A stretch of DNA of 64,000 nt. Source: Calcarisporiella thermophila CBS 279.70. Its lineage: Eukaryota; Fungi; Calcarisporiellomycota. The notes beneath the pieces are model-generated. The model ran no database searches. It was given only the letters and a program-made list of their open reading frames with translations, and had not been told where the DNA came from. Below, one piece after another: positions 42,756 through 55,800 of this stretch (the stretch's first letter is position 1; every line of letters starts with the position of its first letter). A program made the position numbers and the translations under genes. Location: assembly GCF_041956535.1 (NCBI RefSeq), contig NW_027192210.1, forward strand, positions 504,021 through 568,020, read 5' to 3'.

Positions 42756-43675
42756 TCATCGCTTAATCGATGCCGGCGATGTTATCGGTGAATCCTCTGA
42801 GGTTAGAGGCGATTGATGCTTCTTTCCTGCATTCCCTTTTTCTTCTCTCCCCTCTTTCATGTTCATAAGCACTTTGCTCCGTACCGCCTCTAATACCTCC
42901 TCGTGGGACATGCCTTTCACGCCTCTCCCGCTTGAGCTTGAAGAGTTTGCGGCGGTGGGTGATATTTTGCGCTTGCGCGGTGACTGCTGTTGTTCACTGT
43001 TGTTTGGCGAGGGCAATTGTGTTGTTGGACCAGCAAGGACTGTTGGAGAAGTGATGACGGAGAGGCGAGGTAATCTGGGACGGCTAAAGTGTCGCTGATG
43101 AAGACGAGGAGAGGAGCTACTGGAATTGGAGGCTTGGTTTGGGAGTGGAAGCTCAAACGGAGTGAAGACGGAGGAGGGAGATGTAGAGTAGGTTGACACA
43201 GATGGTTCAAGAGGCGTGCTAGGTTAGATAAGATGAGTTTGATTAGAAAAATGGAGTTTTTAGAATAGGCCCAGGATAACTACTTTGGCACACTGTGTGG
43301 ACATAGAGTACATGGCTTTCGTTGCTCTAGGAGAATGTCGAGTTCGACTTTCCGACCTTGTAGTCTCAACTGCTCGAGCCTCACCCGCTCCTCTTCTTGC
43401 CGCCTCTATATCCAATAAAAAGGCATTTAAACCATGAATCCAATAGATCAAAGTAGCCTAGGGGCGAAAAAACCTACGCGGTCCTCCTCAGCCTTTGCTA
43501 CCAAAATAACCTTGAGCAGCTCAGGATCATCAATGTCACGATACTTGTCGAGAAGCTCGGTGACGGTTAGATCTGCACTGACTGAAGTTGATGCCGGGGA
43601 GGAAAGAGAAACAGAGGGGGGTTTAGGCGAGTTAAAATGGTCGGAGTTCTGCGTTATCGGGGGCGGATTCTGCAT
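42756..43675 (-). CDS. Uncharacterised Ser/Pro-rich protein with LLKVILVAKAEEDR coiled-coil motif; 3 exons
   Basis: In-frame GT-AG joins; DPELLKVILVAKAEEDRRRQEEE and HEEVLEAVRSKV motifs look like a conserved small fungal family. Confidence 0.7.
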
Positions 43676-44310
43676 TGTGTCTGTCTGGCTATGAAAGTAA
43701 ATGAAGAACGTATAAAAAAAAAGCGAGATGGCTGTCTGACCCCTTTTGGGTGTCTTTAAGTGCGTTGTAAATTTCAAATATAAAAAATGGAGTCTTAAGC
43801 CACGGATGTGACTATCTCTTTCAGTGTTCCCATAAAAGCATTTGGCCACCTTAAAGTCTATCGTGAAGCAACTGGCCGATCACCATGGCGGAAACCAAAC
43901 AGGTTGATATTGCCAATACACATCCTAAAGATGCAACTTCGGTAAATATGTTGACTCTCTTTATGCTGAGTAAACGAAGAAGATTTGGTTTCTCTTCTTC
44001 GTGATGTCGAGAGATTCCGAGTCCTCTTTTCATTTGGTTGACGCTGAAACAAATGTTGCCCACCATATGTTGAAAACTACTGCGCTGTGTGTTGGAAATG
44101 CATTTGGCTGACCTTTCCTATTATTTATATTTTTTTTCAAACCTGCATGAATAGGCCCAGCCAGAGCAAACGATCCGTTCCCAATTCATCTCTGCAGGCA
44201 CTAGGTAATGACAGAGATTAATATATCTGTGTTTCAGTTTAGTAATGTTTCAAAACTGTTCTTGCTTCCTCTCTCCTGCACCTCCTATATCATTTTGAAT
44301 TAGCTCTAAA

Positions 44311-45736
44311 ATGAATGCCGTGGACCCTCAGATCCTTCACTCCGACGATCCGCTCGTGCTCGCGGCTGAACTCGAGCGAGTACAAGATCTTATACGTGAG
44401 CAGGAACTTTCTATACAAAAGCTGAAACTTGAGCTAGAAATTGAGAATGGGCATACCAATGCGTTGCGACACGATAACCAGATGCTACGACAAATAACAG
44501 TTGACATGGCAAGTGTTCTTCTACTAGTTTCTTCTTGCTAAATTTCTTTTAATCAAACCTGTTTATTAATAGCATGCCCACGCGGAACAAGAGGAAGAGT
44601 ACATCTGCAATCGTTTGCTGAGGCGCATTGCAGGATTAAAGCGCGAAAAAAGTGAACTGCTAGTGCAAGTGGAGCGCGAGGAAGAATATATGACCAATAT
44701 GCTCCAAAAGAAACTCTACCAGGTATATTTTACTGATCATGTGAATAACTAATTTGAACTTGTGGATTAACATTATATCTCCCCCTTCCCCTGTGGCAAT
44801 TAAGTTGCAAAAAGAAAAAGTGGATATGGAGAACCAACTTGAGCAGGAGCAGGAGTATATTGTAAATCGGTTACAGAAGCAACTGGATGCTCTTCAGATG
44901 CAATCGCCCGTCTCTCCGACCTCCATGTAATTAAACTTTCTCTTATTGGACTCTATTTCGATCCAGGTTAACACGTTGTTTTTATGATACAACGCTAGGA
45001 ACAATAAAAATCACAAATGGCCATTGTCGCACTCTCCAACCTCGTCCTCCTCAGAATTTGGAGGTGCGCCCTCGCAGGGCGTTGTAGAGATGCTGAAGAG
45101 TGAGGTAAACTCATTGCGACAGAAGGCTGATATGATAGAGAAGGAATGTAAGTTTTTTTTTCCTCTCATTCCAGTTAGGCTAATCCTTTCTGACTTGCTC
45201 TAACACATTAACTTAGATGTAAATAAACTCAATCAAATAAAAGGGCTGAAGACCGAACTTATCGATCTTCGTCGCAAAGACAATCTCCCAGTGGACGACC
45301 TCCTTACCGAAGAAACCGTCCCTTCATGCATGACCTTGAAGAGTCCTTCACCTCGATACGGTCATATTCCACAAGGGCCGCCGGCTGGGACTAGTCGTTC
45401 TCGTTCAACCTCAAAGTCTAGCTCTCGCTCCTCTCTGGATGGCGCCCGGCCTACAGGTATAATAGGGACAGGGACAGGGACGGTGCCGATGAGTATACCT
45501 TTTGGAGAGTCTCCTCGGACGCGTTCTGGTATGACATTTATTGGGCGGTTAACCTTGGAAGTTTTATATTTTTCTCACCCATTATATACGACTGTATAGT
45601 ATCGTGCGAAAGAGGGCTTTCACCTAATGCTGCAACATCTTCCCCACCATCTCGTCGCTTTTCGGGTGGCTTATATTACGACCAGCCCAGGGGAGGTGTC
45701 TTAGGAATGGGCTCCCCATCAAGGACTTCCAAATAA
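44311..45736 (+). CDS. CCDC6/H4 (DUF2046) coiled-coil protein; multi-exon, first intron GC-AG
   Basis: AEQEEEYICNRLLRRIAGLKREK, EREEEYMTNMLQKKL, LEQEQEYIVNRLQKQL. Confidence 0.85.
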
Positions 45737-46814
45737 CTTTTTCTCGAATTGCTCGAACTTATATGGCTGACGACTGTTAGCAGCCAAAACACTGGATCCT
45801 TCCACTCCTTTGCATATTATGAATTCTATAGTGAACATGGGTGTTTGTTTTGATTTTTCATTTTAAGACGTAAACAGTAAAGATATTTGAACAATTGATA
45901 ATGGTTGATTTATTAAACTATCAATTCTTTTATTTTTATAAAAATGCCGAATCCTCTCGTTAGAATAGAACCTATCCATAAAAGAGTTGGTATTAGTTCT
46001 GGTCAACTCTAATATTATTTAGAAATGGACAAAGAATAAGGAATCAGAGGCCTAAATCTCCACAAGGAAGCAAGTGGTAAAGCGATTCTTGCTTCGGTTT
46101 GAAACAACCTATTTTAACTCTCATCACATAGAACAAACAAAACATCCTCCAACATCTTCTGGAACTTACATTCGGCAAATCAAAAGTTAGGCGTGCATAC
46201 TAGATAATGAAAAAAAATAAAATAAAAACAAGAAAAGGAAGCGTAAAGAGAGGTAAGAGGTGATAGAATTTGTCTTTAAATAAATAGCAAGACTGCGCCT
46301 TTTTAGACGCAGCAAAATCGGAGCAAGAAAAAATATAGTAACCAGAATTCTTGCAGATTGCTGCAGAGAAATAATTTCGCCGGGTACATACTTCAGAGTG
46401 GGTGGATAAGGCTTGGGCTGTTCCTCTCGTTCCGCCTTTCCTCTACAAAAGACGATATTCAAGATATCTATCTTTTTTCAGACACAAGGATGATACTCTT
46501 TATATTTGTGAATAAGAAATGAGTTGTTTAAATGAATTGCCAAATTGTGAGAATTTCACATCTTTTCACACATCTGGTAGTCAGAAAGGGAAGAATGAAT
46601 TTTTCTCATAGTTGAGAGGATGATTGCTTTGGCTCTCTTGGATTAAAAATAATAGATCTTTATAGGCGAATTAGGACTCAACACAAAAAAGTGTGTTGCG
46701 AAGAGGTACAACATTAAATACGGTATAAGAAACTGTAAATTAGAAACTGTTTTGTGCGATAAATTATTTGAATCAGCTAAATAAAATAAGTAAAGTAAAA
46801 TATCTAAATATGAA

Positions 46815-47789
46815 TTAATATGCTTTGCAATTTCCGTTGTTGCGGCGATTCTTGCTCTTCCCCTTCCCCTTGTTCTTCTTGCCCTTGTTCTTCTTGTTCT
46901 TGTTTTTGTTCTTGTTCTTGTTGCCGCATTTTCCATTCACAGAGTTGTTGCAATTGCCCTTAGCCTCGGTATTAGCATTGTTATTTTGCACTTCACTGGA
47001 CTTGGAATTAATGTTGGTGTTAAGGAGAGAAATGTTGTCGATGAGGTGGAGATTGTTGAGAGAACCATCCAAGACACGCTTATCCAGTTGCTTGATAGAG
47101 TTGTTGCCTTTTCCGCGAGCCTCTGTGTTGGCGTTGTTATTCTGCGCCTGGGAGGTCTCGGAGTTGATGAGAGTGTTGAGGGCGGAGATTTGGTCGAGGA
47201 TGTGAGCATTGTTGAGAGAGCCGTCCAAGATCCGTTTATCCAGTTGATTAATAGAGTTGTTGCCTTTGCCACGAGCCTTAGTGTTCGCGTTGTTATTTTG
47301 TGCCTCAGTGGTCTCCGAATCGACATGGACATTGCCAACCGATATATGGTCCGCAATATGAGCGTTGTTAAGGGAACCGTCCAGAATTCGCTTATCGAAC
47401 TGCTTGACAGAATTGTTGTCTTTCCCCTTGGCCTTTGTGTTTGCATTGTTGTTCTCCACGCGCTGTTGTTTCGAGTTAACCAACACATTAAGGAGGTCAA
47501 TATTGCTTAATATATGGGCATTATTAAGCGAACCATCCGCAATGCCGCGGCGACACCAGCGCTTATCGATTTGATTCAACGAGTTGTTGTTGCAGCCATC
47601 GGCGCGAGTATTAGCATTGTTGTTCTCGACCTTTTGGGTGCTGGAGCCAACAAGGGTGTTGAGGATAGAGATGTCACTTGCCACGTGCGCATTGTTTAGG
47701 GTTCCGTCGGCGATGCCTCGAGCAGAGAGGGGAGCCGCTGAAACGGAAAGTGCAAGGGAGATGAAGGTAAGGAATGAAATGTGCTTCAT
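46815..47789 (-). CDS. Secreted Kex2-processed repeat precursor: five ~52-aa Asn-rich repeats separated by DKR, Lys/Asn-rich tail; intronless
   Basis: Signal peptide MKHISFLTFISLALSVSA; repeats (G)I(A/L)DG(S/T)LNNAH...NNNANTxAxGxxNNSxxQxDKR; TATA-like TATAAATA upstream near 47951-47958. Confidence 0.9.
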   Translation of the reverse strand: MKHISFLTFISLALSVSAAPLSARGIADGTLNNAHVASDISILNTLVGSSTQKVENNNANTRADGCNNNSLNQIDKRWCRRGIADGSLNNAHILSNIDLLNVLVNSKQQRVENNNANTKAKGKDNNSVKQFDKRILDGSLNNAHIADHISVGNVHVDSETTEAQNNNANTKARGKGNNSINQLDKRILDGSLNNAHILDQISALNTLINSETSQAQNNNANTEARGKGNNSIKQLDKRVLDGSLNNLHLIDNISLLNTNINSKSSEVQNNNANTEAKGNCNNSVNGKCGNKNKNKNKNKKNKGKKNKGKGKSKNRRNNGNCKAY

Positions 47790-48569
47790 GTTTGTGTGAG
47801 GTCGGCTAGAAGAAATGTGTTGTAAGTGGTAAGGAGTGTGGTGGAAAAGTGAGGTGAGAGAGGAGGGGAGGGATGTGTTGGCGCAAAATGAATCGGATGG
47901 GGAAAGGGCAGATGTGAGGAGAATGCGCTGCCCATGCTTCCATGCGTGTTATTTATAACCACGCGGGCTCAAACCTCTGCAAACCCTCAGTTTCCGGTTC
48001 CCACTATTTTTAGCCTGTTGCTAAGAACTAAAGACAACATCAATAGGATTACGCAAAGGAACAGGTTCCCTTGCAATCAATCCAATTTCTGAGGCTCTTA
48101 GCATTAATATAGTCAAATATAGTCGTCCATTTGACGAATGGCCGGACATTTTATTATAGTCGGAGGTAGGTTTTGTGATCCACTGCCCGCGGCAATTTAG
48201 GTCTGTTTCACGCAAAAGCCTGGGTCAATTCTTCTATCATCCACTGATCCTTTCTCAGCTAATGCGAGCATGCATGGTTGAATGGAGGGAGCGCGATTAA
48301 AAACGACGAAAACAATGAAAAATATCTTGCAGCGATTCATTGTCCTTCCGGGCACAACATCAATGAGCGGGCGAAGGGACGCCTATGCCTTATTCTGATG
48401 TTATTGCGCTCGACACCCGCAACTGAGACGGTCTCTCTCCGACCATGACTATGGGAGTCGTACAGCTCCCCTTAAGCGATGATCTGAATGTGCCGGCCAG
48501 GCGGCAAAGGCGGGCATATTCTCCTGTAGATCGCTTTTGACTTTGGGGAAACTTGGAGAAGACAATCTC

Positions 48570-48601
48570 TGTAACAAACTTTTGTAACAAACTTTTGTAA
48601 C
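48570..48601. repeat. Short tandem repeat (TGTAACAAACTTT)x2.5
   Basis: tgtaacaaacttt tgtaacaaacttt tgtaac. Confidence 0.8.
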
Positions 48602-49841
48602 AGTGCAAGCGGGTTCCTGAGGAACGAATAGGCGCTTGCAACCATTAGAGTAGAGATCGACTATTTCGCAAAAAAAAAGTTTTGCCGCGGTTGTACGGGC
48701 TGCGTTCTGGAAGGCACAATCTCTCTATAGAAAAGAGTGGAAATAACCGGTTTAATAATATGGTTATACCAGCATCAAGGGTTCAAAGCCAACATTTGTC
48801 TCTAAATCATTTATGTTTTTTCATCCGCTCGATACTGGCTTGGCTTTGAATATTCATTCCCCCAGCCAGTGATCTACTCTGACTGACGGTCACCACAGCC
48901 AGCATAGATTACATAAAGAGAGACTTTTATTGTAGCCGTCCTTTCTATGAGATACGAGTACGAGATTACTACTACGAGAATCAGCTCCAATGAGCTGATT
49001 CTATAGTCAAGAAGGGCGTCTATACTTTTTCCCCGCCAAGCTTTGGCCTTCAAGAATTAGAGGAACGAAAACAGATTGATTTTGTTACAAATCGGGCATA
49101 TATTGGCTTTCTTTGTGAACTTTTACACCAACCTTAACCGAGATTTGATGGTTATTTGTAAAGGCTAGACCCGCGGAATGAAGAGAGAGCAAACAAATCA
49201 TTTCGAACGAGATAGTAGCCACTACTTTGTGTCGATATTACAGAACGCATATTTATCTTTACTCATCCATTATGGGCATGATGCCATTGGTTAGCAGAGT
49301 AGCTTATATTAGACTCCAATTATACAATGGTAGCATTAAACGTTCATCTCGGTTGCAACTGATCGTAGATATTATACTTTGAGCAGCCCGAACTCGAAAA
49401 TATCATATTATTGCAAGCTGCTCCTTTCCACTTCAAATGATACGAGTCACTTAATAAAAAAAATCATAATAATGAATTTGGAGTTGTGCTATTGAACTAT
49501 CCTAGACATTAATTATGGCTGCTGGCGCTTTGCCCTCACAAGTGCAGGCCATACATAAAAGGCTGGGAGCCTTTATGTATTAAAATCCGTTGGTAGCAGT
49601 CATTCTGAGCCACACCCTGTTGCCCTTTGCTGAGTGTGAATGAGTTCTCCATGGCTAGGCAGAGAAAATCGCGTGGTGTGACGCGCTTCCTTTGTTTTTT
49701 TTTACCAGTCCTGACTTGGTGGCCAAATTGCTTCAATTCGTCCCAAAGGCCACTTGTTTGCATTGTCGACACATTCATGAGTGCCCTGATCTTTCCCTTC
49801 CTAAGTTATTAGTTGAAGCATCGTAACACTTCTTACCTCCC

Positions 49842-52049
49842 ATGTTCCGATTATATCCACGCACGTTTCCCCTGTCATCTTCCCGAACATTATTAAGGCG
49901 ATATGCAGGTACAACAAAACACATCATCAGATCTAAGCAATCCCCTTCCACATCTCCCTCCACATCCCCTTCATCCTTCACACCCATCTACTCTCGCCAT
50001 TACCAGCCCACTACAGACGAAGTCCGCTCGTTTCTAGATAGGCATCAACAGTTTCCCCGGCCGCTGAAAGGGACGACAGAGGAGGCACTCGTTCCGTGTC
50101 CACACTGCCCGCCAAAGCCGCGAGCAAGTCGATATACAGCTCGCATCCATCTTCGAACAGGACAATACCAGTGTCCATCCTGTTTATCACGCGGAACTTG
50201 GAGCGATTTTGTGAGTGCCGTGGCAAAGCCTTCGTTCGCCATTCTTGATGCCACATTGAAAGATGCGGGAGGTCAAAGAGGTGCTGGTAATGAGATAAGT
50301 TTCTCTAGGCCGATCTCTGAGATTGAAGCATACCCTGAACAGCTAAATGAGTATCCGGCTGTACGGGACTGGATGATCGAGATCGGGATTAGGGAAGAAA
50401 CACTGCAAAAATTTGGTGTTGGAGTGGCGAAGTATGCGTCACTGGAGACGAAGTTGGCTGCACATGGAAAGGAGCTAGAGGCCCAAATAGAAGGGGAAAT
50501 ATGTGTCACATTTCCAATGATGGGTCCGGATTTCGGCAAGTCCAATAATGAAAAGGCCGCCACCGACAATACCAAGCCAGCCGAAGATGCGGCGAAGCCT
50601 GCAGAAACAGATCTCGCCACCATCGAGTATCGAACTGTACGCATCAAAGCGGTCCGTCCGGGAACATCTGAGCTCATCGCTTTTGACCCCGCCACTCGAG
50701 CTAAATCTGACGTCCCTTGTCTGTTTGGATACCATTTACTGCACCCAAACACAGAGGAGATCATCCTTACTGCCAATGAGCTTGACTGCATGGCGGCGTT
50801 CCAGGAAACTCGCGTGCCTTCCGTCTCGCTTCCGAGCTTAAACCAGCTGCCCGTCGAGGTCGTGCCGCTTCTAGAGCGCTTCTCCAAGATCTACTTGTGG
50901 CTCGAGGACGATGTGAATGGGAGATCTGCTGCGGAAAAATTTGTGAGGAAATTGGGTATACACAGGTGTCGCATCGTGAGTACCCGGGGAGATTCGATTG
51001 ACGGACCCCGAAGCGCACACGAGGCCTTGGCTCGCGGAAGCAACCTACGGAAACTGTTATCCGAAGCGAAGCCGCTGGGCCATGATCAAATCATCGACTT
51101 TTCGGACCTCCGTGACGCTGTCTACAGAGAAGTGTTGCACCCGGACCAAGTGTGCGGCACTCCTTTCCGCGATTTTCCCGCACTCACGAATCTCCTTAAA
51201 GGGCATCGGCCCGGCGAGCTGACCGTGTTCACGGGGCGAACGGGCATAGGAAAGACAACCACGCTTTGCCAGCTCTCGCTTGATATTGCTCGACAAGGGA
51301 TCCCGACCCTGTGGGGTAGCTTCGAGATACCCAACGTACGGCTGGCGAAGAAGCTGCTGATGCAGTTGGCGGAGCGCGATTTATCGACCGTGCCGGAGGA
51401 GTTTGACGTATGGGCCAATGAACTCCAGAGAGTAAGGATAGGGCGATGCTTCACTAGGATTAGATGGAACACAGTTCAACTCTAACAATTCAACTCCTTC
51501 ACACCCCATAGATACCAATGTATTTTCTCCGATTTTTCGGAAGCACCGATATCAATACTGTCGAAGAGGCCATGCTCCACGCCCTCCATGCCTACGATGT
51601 CCAGCACGTTCTGATTGATAATCTCCAATTCATGTTGTCTGGTCAACGGCACTCCTCACTCGAGCGGTGGGAGCTTCAGGATGAGGTGCTCGCGCGGTTC
51701 CGCCAGTTTGCCACCCAGCAAAATGTCCACGTCACTCTGGTAGTGCACCCAAGAAAGGATGAGAATCCTGCGCTGAGCGTGAACAGCATATTCGGAAGCG
51801 CCAAGGTCACCCAGGAGGCTGATAATGTGGTCGTGATCCAGCAGGGAGAGAAGGGGGTCCGCTACTTGGAGGTGTTGAAGAACCGATTTGATGGAACGCT
51901 TGGCCGGGTGCCTTTTGTATTCGATCGAGAAAGTCTGAAGGTAAATGGGAATAAAAAATACGCCGCGGCACTCAGAATCAAACCTGGACTAACCGCTTTC
52001 TCGTCTTTAATAGATACGTGAAATTAGGGACGATAAAATCAAATATTAG
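49842..52049 (+). CDS. TWNK: Twinkle mitochondrial replicative DNA helicase (T7 gp4-like); 3 exons
   Basis: Mitochondrial presequence; CPHC...CPSC; TOPRIM-like region; LKGHRPGELTVFTGRTGIGKTT, TLWGSFEIPN, HVLIDNLQFM, HVTLVVHPRK, SIFGSAKVTQEADNV, KNRFDGTLG. Confidence 0.95.
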
Positions 52050-52879
52050 TGTACACTATTGTTGCCTTGCATTTGTTTTGTTATTTAGCCTCTTTTTTTT
52101 TATTACTCTCCATTTTCTTCCTTATATTTCCTTTACGAAATGGGGCAACCTTTGGCGCTGTTTCACCCATTTACCCAGTTAATAGAGACAATAAAAGGTT
52201 AAAATGACTAAATGATGACTTGTATACATCATTTGCAGGTGAAGTTGCCAATGGTAGGCATCTTCCACTCGTCCCTGCTGCTTTTCCCCCTCCAAATCTG
52301 TTGGTTTTTCTCTACCTCCGTATCAGCGATCTGCTTCCTCTTGTCTCACAACGACGATAGCTTCGTTGACTTTGCACCGATACCTTCACATTTTCTCTCC
52401 CGATAGCGAAATCCTTTATAACTATCACTTCAAATGCTCCCCACCGGATATAAGGTATGAATTGTTTTATTATCTATAGCTGGCAGTGTTCAGCATAGTA
52501 AAATGGATGGGAAGAGGAATTCTCGTGGTTAATTCTAAAGAAAAAACGGACTTCCAAAAGAGAAGAGAAGAAAATAATAACAGACAATAACACAAGTGAA
52601 AGAAGCGAAAAAAAAATAAAAGATTTGCAATAAAAGAATCAGCAAAAAATATTATGGAACAATTAAAATATCTATCAGATAAAAAAAAATCGAAGAATAA
52701 CTTGGCCATAGATAAAGAAATATAAAATAAAAAGCAAGCAGCAATTATGAATGTGAAAGTTAAAACCAAAAATTAAAAAAAAACCAACTGTCCCCGGTAT
52801 GGTTGTGCAAATGGATATTGGGGGCCGAATCGCGGGCGCTCGGGTGAACCCCACCGTGGCAACTTGCATTCTCTCACTC

Positions 52880-55800
52880 TTAGTCAGTGCGCGACTTTTC
52901 ATTCTCAGCCTCGTCTCTCTCGCTTTCTTCCTCCTCCTCCAATTCTACGCTTCTTGCTCGCCGTAAAGCTTCACCTTCACCCATCTCCTTCACCTTTCTT
53001 ACCAGCTCCAATGGGCTCGCCGATTTATAGCTGGCGTCATCCTCTTCCTCCTCCTCGTCCGCAATGACAAAGTCCGAGGTGTTCACCGTGAGTTCGGGAT
53101 TGCGTGCCATCGACATTTCATAGGGCTGAGTCAATGGGCGCGAGGTGGTGTCATCCTCTTCGGCCTCGCCAATTGAAAATGCTGCTCGCAGAGGCTCAGG
53201 CTCCTTTTCATCTACCGCCCCAAGCCCTTGTGCGTCTCGATAGTGCTCGAGTGCTGCTGCAATCCGATCATTCACAGACAAGAGCTGATTCAACACCGCC
53301 TCCTCGCCCCCGTTACATTCCCGAATATGAGCACGGACACGGTCCAAGAGACTCGAACATTGTGCATAGAGAACTCCCGCCTCCGTATCCGCCCCACACT
53401 CCTCCTCGCGTGCTCTGCTCTTACGCAGAAGCTCAACCAACTCCTCAAGTTTGGCGACACTTTCTTCTGCATGTTTGATATCTCTCTCCCTCTCGTCGGC
53501 GACTCGCGGGGGCTCCTGAACTTCAGTGGACTGTTTTGGGAAATCTTTTTCCGATTTAAGGCGAGCGATCTCGGCCAATCTTTCCGTCTCACGATACGTA
53601 CTTAGGGGTTGAGGGGCAGCTAGAGCGGCCCGATCCTTTCCTCCATCCCCCGCGGGGTTTTGTGCGGCCTCTGCGTTCCGGATGCACACACTTACGATCT
53701 CTCTGCTTAGTCGCGCCATGTCTTTGTGATTGGGCGGTACATTCACATCCAAGCATGTGAGGCTCCAGTTCATCTTCACACTTACGCTGAGGGCGAGCAC
53801 ACCCGCCAGCTCCAGCCTAGGGTTCCCGGTCAGATCGAGGTGCTGGAGGTGTTTCGTCTCGGTGATGCTCTCAGCCAGGGCAATCGCCCCCTCGGAAGTC
53901 AGCCCCGTTTCGGCAAGGAAGAGTCCACGCAAGGATCGATTCAGGGTCAGCGCATTTTTGAGGGAGTGAATACCCTCAAGGGTGGGGGTGGACAGCGGGT
54001 TGCGATTTAAATCCAGAATCTCCAGGCTCTGGTTTCGCTTTAATGCTTCGGCAAAAAAGGTGAGTCCCTTGGAGTCGATGCGATTATCGGCGATCAGAAG
54101 CTCGCGCAGACTTCGGTTTCGCCGCAGGCTCTGTGCCACGTATTGGACGCCGTTGGTTCGGAGATCGTTTCCGCACACATCTAGCACCTCGAGCCCACGT
54201 TTGTATGCCCTGTCTTGGGAACCGATCCCCACTGACCTCGACGACAAGGTATCGCTGGTGGCAAGAGTGGGAGTTCCCGAGCGACTTGGAGTGTCCTCGT
54301 AATCACGTAGAATAACCCCTAACCAGACGGCACCCTGATGGGTGATTTTGTTATTCCGTAATGAAAGCGTGCGCAGCGCGGAACGACGTATAGCTGGGGC
54401 CAAAACTTCCAGGAGGGGCAGTTTGACCCCGCAGTTGTCGAGCTTGAGCGTTTCTAACCGAGAGAAAGGGGAATCTGGAAAAGAAGGGGAGGGCGAGAGA
54501 GCCTGTGCGATGAGCTGAGCAGCTTTTTTATCAAGGTATGTATTGGAGAGGTTGAGGGAGCGAAGATTTTCAGACTATAGATTATAAAAAAAGAGTTAAT
54601 AGTAAATAAAAAAAGGAATGAGACTAGAGGGGAATAAAGAACTACTCCCGCACCTTATTCATATATATAGCGATATATTTGAAACCATCTGCCTTGATGC
54701 GGCGATTCCCAGCTAAGCTTAAAACCTCAATCTCATCCGTTAGAACCAGGCTATGTAACAAAATTCGCAAGCACTCGTTCTCTATCCCACACTCATCTAG
54801 TATTAGCTGTCGTAGTCCAAATCGTAATGTGAGCAGATCGGCGAGAGGCTCTATGACATGCCGTTCCAATGGGGCGCCGGTGAGATCAAGCTCGAGATGA
54901 TCGGGTGATGTTGATGCTCTTTGGAGGCACTGGATAACACGATCTAGGGGCGGCTCTTCGCGTTGCTTACAGGTGGTGAGATAGAAGTTGAGAGCTTCGG
55001 CAGGAGAAACGGGCGATGCAGAATCTTCGAAGCTCGGCGATATCGACGATGAGCCGAATCCCGGTGCCGTTCCCGGGACCGATAACGAAGAAGCTTCAAG
55101 CGAATCCTCTTCAACCGCGGTGGATGGGCTATCCTTAACGCAAGCCTGCTCCTCCATGTTGGTTGATATTGCCTTAGCATTCTCTGTTTTTGCCCCCTTA
55201 TCACACTCAGCCTGGTTTAAGTGCTCCGCATCCTGATAAGCATCACTATTCTCCTCTCTCCCCTGTTCCGGGTCTACCTCATTCGCGTAATGAGTCAACT
55301 TCTCTCCTCGTGCAAATCTGACCCGCTTTAGCTGGGAGGTAACTAGTGGATCTGTTTGCTGGTGACTGGACAAGCTACCCGTGCCACCAACCGGTGGCAC
55401 CAATCCTGTATTCCTGGCCCCTCCTCCTTCAACCCCAGGCACCACATCGCCTCCTTGTCGGTCGTCGTTGGAAGCTGTATGGTTTAATTTCTTCAACGCA
55501 TTGGATAAAAATGACGACTGCGCACCTGAAGCGCCGCTATGTTGTGTGTTGATATTGGTATGAGAGGCGGGTTGTAAGGCGCCATTGAGCTTTGCATTTA
55601 GACTGGAAAACCAATCGCGTTTGAATACGGCGGTAGCCCGATTAGTGATTTGGGGAGAAGACTTGAGAATACCCTTTTTGGGTGCGGAATATTTAGAAGA
55701 GGCCTTGTCGTGATTCATAGCTCTTCGCACCGTTTCTAATGAGGAAAGCAAAAAGTAAAATTAAATGAATGACTCCGTTCAAGAGTCGAAATTAGAATAG

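Noticed and set aside
44161-44179. 18/19-nt match to the reverse complement of 61684-61702
   Set aside because: A match of this length is expected about once by chance in a 64-kb self-comparison
46815-47789. 156-bp repeats as CRISPR/satellite, or as a dikaritin RiPP precursor
   Set aside because: Repeats are in-frame coding with synonymous variation; no DUF3328 oxidase or tyrosinase nearby, and the cores are long and lack the Tyr/Trp cyclisation residues
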